A stretch of DNA of 64,000 nt from an uncultured virus (IMG/VR IMGVR_UViG_3300030060_004020) (taxonomy: Duplodnaviria; Heunggongvirae; Uroviricota; Caudoviricetes). Shown one piece after another: positions 58,605 through 64,000 of this stretch; the first letter of the stretch is position 1, and every line of letters begins with the position of its first letter. The position numbers and the translations under genes were made by a program. The notes below the pieces were generated by a model, which worked only from the letters and a program-made list of their open reading frames with translations, was not told the DNA's origin and searched no databases. Location: IMG/VR virus record IMGVR_UViG_3300030060_004020, positions 1 through 64,000 of that record, one strand, 5' to 3'.

Positions 58605-60848
58605 TCACATCTTGTCTATTAAGTAAGCAACATGGTGGCTTAGTTTATCGTCGGGGTATTCTTTTAATTCATCAATAGTAATCCATTTGTAATCACTATG
58701 TTCAAACGATAGAGTGGGATTCCAGTCATCATCTACTTCTATCCTAAAACAATGGTATTTCTTTGGTGGTTTCATATTCCTATCAAAGTGAACGCCTAAT
58801 TTAGATGAAGGTTTTTTCTTTAATCCTAACTCTTCACCTGCTTCAATCATACAAACTTTTTCTGCATCGGGAGTTCCATCAGCATTAAACTCATCAAGTT
58901 CTTCTACTTTACCTCCGGCAAATTCCCACATACCTATCATAGTATCTTCTTCGGGAGAACGCTGAACAATTAAAACTTTATCTCCTTTGAAAACTGCCGC
59001 ACCTGCCGCATGTCTAACACCATCTTTATCCAATAAGAATTTCTTTTTGTTGTTTCCTTTAGCATACCAAGAAAGACCCTTATCTTCCATTTCCGACTTT
59101 TCAATAGTAGTTCCCGTAATAAAATCATCAATTGTATAGTTTTTATCAACAGAACCAACGGCTTTTCCGTAGCCTATATTCAACGCTATCTGCATTATCG
59201 CTTCAGCAGTTGGTTCTTTTCTTTGCGGTATTCTAACTAGTTGATTATAAAAATGAGAAGGCTTTGCACCATCATCATCAAAATCATCGGACTTATCATC
59301 TAAGTTTACCTTGCCATCTTTGATAGGGGTTTTCCATTCATAGTTCAGTGGCTCTTTACCAAACTCTTTTTCTATTTTTGGTATTTGCTCATTCCACCAT
59401 TTTCTACCATCAAAGTCTTTATCTTGTCTTAAGAAACCTTCAGCATCTTTTTTTAAATCCTCAAACATTTCATCCAATTCATCCATGCTCGCTTTGATAA
59501 TAACTCCGCCAATGTTTTCCATACTATCCATTATAGACATCTTACAGTTATCTTTGTATTTCTGTATGTTATCAAGATATATTCCTTCTTTTAGCCAATC
59601 GAAACCTACATGGTCTTTGTGATTCTCCCACTTCATTAACTTGAATATCTCATCGCATCTTTCTTTATACCAATCTTGTTTTTTGTAAGACTTCTTCATT
59701 CGTATAAGTTCCATAAGCAATTTAGCATTGCCTTTCTTTAGTCTAAAATGAGGAAGGCATTTTTCCAATAAACCATAAACATCATCTTGAGAATAAAAGT
59801 TTAATCTTTGAACAGGTCTAGTTTGTTGAGGAGACTTTTGATTTAGATGTAACTTACCGAAACCTATGCTCTTGTGCATTTCTTCCATGAATGCTCTACC
59901 TCTTTCTCCTGTGGCAATAAGTCCGACTCTAGGGTTGTGGTTTCTATCCATTGTGATATAACCATCCGAATCAATAAAAGCCGCAGTATAAGCCCAAATA
60001 TTTTTCTTAAGCATTGTTGGTAATTTATAATATGCCCCATCAACATTAGCAACATCTAACTTCTTTACCATTTTAGAAATCATATTTGTTGTTGTGCTTT
60101 TATGCAAAGTGTTTGGCATTCTATCATGTATTTGTTTAGCACCGATAGAAGGACTCTTGATAATTTCACTTTCAATAAATGACATGATTCTTTCTTTCTT
60201 GCTCTTAGTGATAGATTGGTCTGTAATGTTTTTTATCTGTTGCTTGTAGTCTCTTTTAGCAACTCGACATTCTTTTTCTAATTGAGCATATTCTTTAGAG
60301 TAAACCATATCTGTTTTCTTTAAGTCACCCTCCCAATACTTGCATATTGCATCAATAATATTTCTTCTACCATTTACAGAATCAATCTTATTTATTTTCA
60401 TTAGGTCTTTCTCACTAAAGCCCATCTTAAGTATTGCAGGTTTGTATGGTTTAATCCAATAAATAGAATCTATGCATTTGTTGATATGGTCGGAGTAGCC
60501 ATCAATAACAGTATCAATGGCCTTAGCCATTCTAGTTCTTTGCTCTCCCTTTAGTTTTCTTCGAGCCTTTCTCATTTTCTTTACGAGGTCGGGTATGTTT
60601 TCACCATCAATAGAATATTCACTTGGGAAAGAACTCAATTGTTTTCTAGCATCACTAGCGTTAATGTTTAGATTCTTAGATAGTAAATTTACTGCTTCAT
60701 AATCCGACATAATATAATCATTAACAGAAGCAAGTTTAGTTCCTAATACTTCTTCCATTTCATCCTTAGTATCTTCTTGTTCTTCTTCGAGTTCAGCGAG
60801 CCTAGCCATGTTTTGTGAACCTTGTCTATACTCTTCTGCTGTTGGCAT
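58605..60848 (-). CDS. Multidomain protein: helical, HTH, LAGLIDADG and Nudix
   Basis: YTAAFIDSDGYI; WEFAGGKVE...EAGEELGL; EHSDYKWI. Confidence 0.8.
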   Translation of the reverse strand: MPTAEEYRQGSQNMARLAELEEEQEDTKDEMEEVLGTKLASVNDYIMSDYEAVNLLSKNLNINASDARKQLSSFPSEYSIDGENIPDLVKKMRKARRKLKGEQRTRMAKAIDTVIDGYSDHINKCIDSIYWIKPYKPAILKMGFSEKDLMKINKIDSVNGRRNIIDAICKYWEGDLKKTDMVYSKEYAQLEKECRVAKRDYKQQIKNITDQSITKSKKERIMSFIESEIIKSPSIGAKQIHDRMPNTLHKSTTTNMISKMVKKLDVANVDGAYYKLPTMLKKNIWAYTAAFIDSDGYITMDRNHNPRVGLIATGERGRAFMEEMHKSIGFGKLHLNQKSPQQTRPVQRLNFYSQDDVYGLLEKCLPHFRLKKGNAKLLMELIRMKKSYKKQDWYKERCDEIFKLMKWENHKDHVGFDWLKEGIYLDNIQKYKDNCKMSIMDSMENIGGVIIKASMDELDEMFEDLKKDAEGFLRQDKDFDGRKWWNEQIPKIEKEFGKEPLNYEWKTPIKDGKVNLDDKSDDFDDDGAKPSHFYNQLVRIPQRKEPTAEAIMQIALNIGYGKAVGSVDKNYTIDDFITGTTIEKSEMEDKGLSWYAKGNNKKKFLLDKDGVRHAAGAAVFKGDKVLIVQRSPEEDTMIGMWEFAGGKVEELDEFNADGTPDAEKVCMIEAGEELGLKKKPSSKLGVHFDRNMKPPKKYHCFRIEVDDDWNPTLSFEHSDYKWITIDELKEYPDDKLSHHVAYLIDKM

Positions 60849-60858
60849 TTATATCACC

Positions 60859-62289
60859 TTAAAAATTAATTCCCATAACTCCTTGAGAGCGTTTATACTT
60901 ATTGACCTTTGGCGGGTCAAATAGTCCCATGTCATCTAAGAGTATGAATGTTTCACTCATTGTATGGGTGGCGGCATTAGCCAATGCTAAACTCATAACC
61001 ATGTCATCATGCGCTCCTATACCCTCAAACTTTCCTTTGTCTGTAATAGCAAACATAGATAGTTCTTCAATCAAAGTAGAAGTAACTCGACGGCTTTCTT
61101 CATTAGCGTAAGGTAATATTATCTTACCATTCTCAAAATTCATTTGTAAACTTAGAATAATCTCTTCTTTCTTTTTTCTAGTAGTATTAAAGTCATGAAC
61201 ATTTAAGTCTGTAACATTTCTAATCTCTTGTGTAAATGATTTAGCAAATGTATTTGTTTCAAACAATATTGCTTCGGGCTGAAACACTTTACCAATTAAT
61301 TTCACCTTCTGTATGTTCTCTCTAAACTCTACATTCTTAGAACGGTCAATAAACACAATAGTTTTATTATCATTTTCATCTACCTCTAATACAGTAATTA
61401 CATTGTAGTCACCATCAGTAGAGATAGCGGGGTCAATGCCAACATAGTATTTGTAGCCCTCTCTACGCATGGGTTTCAAAACATGGTCTTTGCTTTTTGC
61501 CGCTTCTAAATATTCGGGATTAAATAGAGAAGTTCCCGTAGATATAGGAACACACATATATTCTCTTGTAAACATTAGAGAGCCGACTTCAGCCTTTCTC
61601 GCCATAAGAGCATCATAATCCCATCTGTTCGGCCATAGCGGTTCATTAAGAGCATTAAGACAGGGGTATGTTCTAAGAGTATATGCAGGGTTTTCAGCGA
61701 GTTGTTGGTAAATATCTGTATAACTAAATGGAGTTCCAATAACTCTTAGAGAAGCAGTATGGTGAAGTGTTGGTATCATGTCACCATAAAACCAATCTGT
61801 AACCTTTTGAATTCCTGTCATACTAAACTCTTTCAACGGGTCATCAATAATAATCTCTTGAGGGTGAAGACCACGAATCTGTGAGCCAACAGAACGCTCT
61901 AAGATTTGATTACCATTAGTAAGTGTGATATTTCCAATTGCCCAACCCTTTGCCGGTTTGTATTTTTTTAACATTGGATGATTGAATAGTTTATCTATGT
62001 CTCTCATGTGAACCAAAGTCTGTTTTTGGTTAGAGGAAATATATAGCATTTGATATGGTGGTTCTCTAAAGACTAAATTCCATACAACCCAAGCATGCAT
62101 AAATACTGATTTACCGTGACCTCTTGAACAAATAATAACAGTCCTTTGTGTATCGTTCATCAAGTCATGCCACTCTTCTTGATGCTTGGCAAACTCCCAA
62201 CCTAAAACATTTTGAAAGAAATAAGGAAATGAGTTTTTGGATAGTTCCATATCCATTTGATGCTCAAAGTTAAATGCGTCTATATCCAT
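60859..62289 (-). CDS. terL: Terminase large subunit
   Basis: SRGHGKS, IIIDDP, VIGTP, VGIDPA, HDDMVMSLALA. Confidence 0.95.
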   Translation of the reverse strand: MDIDAFNFEHQMDMELSKNSFPYFFQNVLGWEFAKHQEEWHDLMNDTQRTVIICSRGHGKSVFMHAWVVWNLVFREPPYQMLYISSNQKQTLVHMRDIDKLFNHPMLKKYKPAKGWAIGNITLTNGNQILERSVGSQIRGLHPQEIIIDDPLKEFSMTGIQKVTDWFYGDMIPTLHHTASLRVIGTPFSYTDIYQQLAENPAYTLRTYPCLNALNEPLWPNRWDYDALMARKAEVGSLMFTREYMCVPISTGTSLFNPEYLEAAKSKDHVLKPMRREGYKYYVGIDPAISTDGDYNVITVLEVDENDNKTIVFIDRSKNVEFRENIQKVKLIGKVFQPEAILFETNTFAKSFTQEIRNVTDLNVHDFNTTRKKKEEIILSLQMNFENGKIILPYANEESRRVTSTLIEELSMFAITDKGKFEGIGAHDDMVMSLALANAATHTMSETFILLDDMGLFDPPKVNKYKRSQGVMGINF

Positions 62290-62297
62290 AATCCCAC

Positions 62298-63041
62298 CTA
62301 CTGATATAGTTCTCCCTTTCTTCTTTGAATAATCTTATTTAGTTCTTCTTTTAGTTGTTTACCATCTCTATATTTATTCTCTATTATATCAACAATTTTT
62401 CTAAATAGTTTCATAATATCTTTATGTTCAGCACCCTCTCCCATATAGGCAATCGTTTGTATTATATTTGTTATAGCAATCCAATCATGCCCTGCTCCTC
62501 TATCTAATCTTCCGTGCATTTCATATATTGAATTTATAAAAACTTGCATCCATTCTTCCATTTCATTTAATGGAGTAAAACTTTTTTTTAATACCATCTG
62601 CCATTTCTTTATCCCGAAGTCTTCTCCATACCTATTTCTAAACTGTTCTATTAATTTAGAGTCTATACCCATTTCATCTTCGGGAGGTATGTCGAAATTA
62701 TACACTTGTCTATTCTTTTCTTTCCAAGTTTCATTGGGTATTGTCTTTGCCTTGAATCCTGCAATCTTAGGCTTATCTCCTATTAACTCCAATCTTTTTT
62801 CGGACATCGGCCTCCAACTTTTTGAGTCTTCTTTGGATTTCATTCCGCCCAATATAGCATAAGTTCCCTTATCACTATACCCTGCAATACCAACTACTTT
62901 ACCATCTACTCTTCTTATAACATACTTATCCAAGTCATACCAAACAGGAACACTCCTATTTATTTTATCATCGGGATTATCATTATTCCAAGCACCTTCC
63001 GCTTCTGTTTTAGAATGTGGGCCGGTTACTTCATCAGTCAT
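62298..63041 (-). CDS. Two-domain protein, possible GNAT-like N-half, internal WxxVLK motif
   Basis: VDGKVVGIAG; KWQMVLKKS at the domain boundary. Confidence 0.5.
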   Translation of the reverse strand: MTDEVTGPHSKTEAEGAWNNDNPDDKINRSVPVWYDLDKYVIRRVDGKVVGIAGYSDKGTYAILGGMKSKEDSKSWRPMSEKRLELIGDKPKIAGFKAKTIPNETWKEKNRQVYNFDIPPEDEMGIDSKLIEQFRNRYGEDFGIKKWQMVLKKSFTPLNEMEEWMQVFINSIYEMHGRLDRGAGHDWIAITNIIQTIAYMGEGAEHKDIMKLFRKIVDIIENKYRDGKQLKEELNKIIQRRKGELYQ

Positions 63042-63045
63042 ATCA

Positions 63046-63999
63046 TCACCTAAAGTTAGCCTTAATAAAATACACATGCTCGCTATTTATTCCATATGTC
63101 TTACTAATGCTATCAAAAGAATCAATCTCATTAACAATACTTACTAATTCACTAGCCGACATATCAACATTATATTTAGTTTCCATTTTTTGTAAGATAG
63201 CATCCACATCGTCAAAGTCTTCTTCATTCCTCTTAGCAAAGAATATCTCTTTTCCTTTGAGTATTCTCAAAGAATCGTGTGCTTCCAATATTCTACTGTA
63301 AATAGTGGACTTGGCTATCCTATCAACTTGCTTCAAAAATTCTAAGGTTTGCTTATACAACGGCTCGTTTTCTGTTTCCAAAACTTTCTGTTTTTCTCTA
63401 AGAGTATCTATTAGAATCCTAATAGGTGTCATTTCATCAACATCATCAATGCCTCGACTTCTAAATGCGTCGGAGGTATCTAATCCCATAAACTTGTCAA
63501 GTATTTTTTTACCCGATGACATTGATTCTAAGCCGCCAAAAATAGATGCTACATCTTTCTTTATTTGTTGCTTTATGCTAGACTTACCCCTATATATTTC
63601 ACCAAGAGCATTAACAAAACTCTCGGCTTTCTTTTCACTTTGTTTTGGGTTTGTGAATATTTCACCGGAGTTTATTGACTCAAGGAAAGGTAGAAGTTTT
63701 TTCAATCTTCTTGGTTTAATGAATCTACTTTGCGAATCAACAATTTTATCATTCATCGTTCGATAGGCTTGATATTTTTCTCCGGTTATTTGAGTAGAAA
63801 CTATAATTCTCAAATGACCGTCTTTCGCAAATGGTAGTGCAACTCCTAATGTATTTTTGGAATGTATTGGCTCTAAAAATAATTCACCTATCATTTCCGA
63901 TATTTCCTTGAAAAGAGTTTTCATATCTTCTGTTATTTCTTTTGAGGCTCTAACCGTACCTCTTCTTCCCAATGTGGTTTTCATATACTTTTCATACGC
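63046..63999 (-). CDS. Hypothetical protein (5'-truncated by window)
   Basis: Frame stays open to the window edge. Confidence 0.6.
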   Translation of the reverse strand, partial: AYEKYMKTTLGRRGTVRASKEITEDMKTLFKEISEMIGELFLEPIHSKNTLGVALPFAKDGHLRIIVSTQITGEKYQAYRTMNDKIVDSQSRFIKPRRLKKLLPFLESINSGEIFTNPKQSEKKAESFVNALGEIYRGKSSIKQQIKKDVASIFGGLESMSSGKKILDKFMGLDTSDAFRSRGIDDVDEMTPIRILIDTLREKQKVLETENEPLYKQTLEFLKQVDRIAKSTIYSRILEAHDSLRILKGKEIFFAKRNEEDFDDVDAILQKMETKYNVDMSASELVSIVNEIDSFDSISKTYGINSEHVYFIKANFR

Positions 64000-64000
64000 T

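Noticed and set aside
59500..60000. Group I intron or intein around the LAGLIDADG domain
   Set aside because: Continuous ORF, no splicing motifs, terL and portal intact
19105..63766. Plus-strand ORFs in the structural arm
   Set aside because: Antisense shadows; Ser/Phe/Leu richness mirrors Lys/Glu codons on the coding strand
1..64000. tRNA/rRNA genes, integrase or att sites
   Set aside because: None recognised by eye; intergenic space is minimal; tRNAscan-SE not run

Overview
A 64 kb, AT-rich segment of a tailed dsDNA archaeal virus, most like the magroviruses of Marine Group II Euryarchaeota/Poseidoniales. This rests on archaeal-type RFC, RPA, PCNA, PolB, primase and XPF genes, GGTGA/GGAGG ribosome-binding sites, and an HK97-type head with a non-contractile tail. 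The + strand arm (1-18.0 kb) is a replication/repair operon whose PolB is split just before motif C by about nine small genes. The - strand arm (64-18 kb) runs from terminase, portal, a second ligase-like protein, prohead protease and major capsid to the tail, tape measure and fibres. The arms meet at a hairpin/poly-T terminator near 18.0 kb. Main leads: (1) a probable capsid-cargo addressing system, in which unrelated small proteins share an M-x-W-x-x-[IVL]-L-K tag resembling the C-terminal MDWxDIHKM motif of the protease/scaffold and of a second mini-scaffold, while head proteins are punctuated by [ILV]-x-K/[SAQ] motifs; (2) an Arf/Sar1-like small GTPase among membrane-protein genes between head and tail genes; (3) a cassette-like array inside polB; (4) a LAGLIDADG-Nudix fusion between terminase and portal. 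Two 10-N gaps lie at 9519-9528 and 15629-15638. All calls come from reading motifs by eye; no searches were run.
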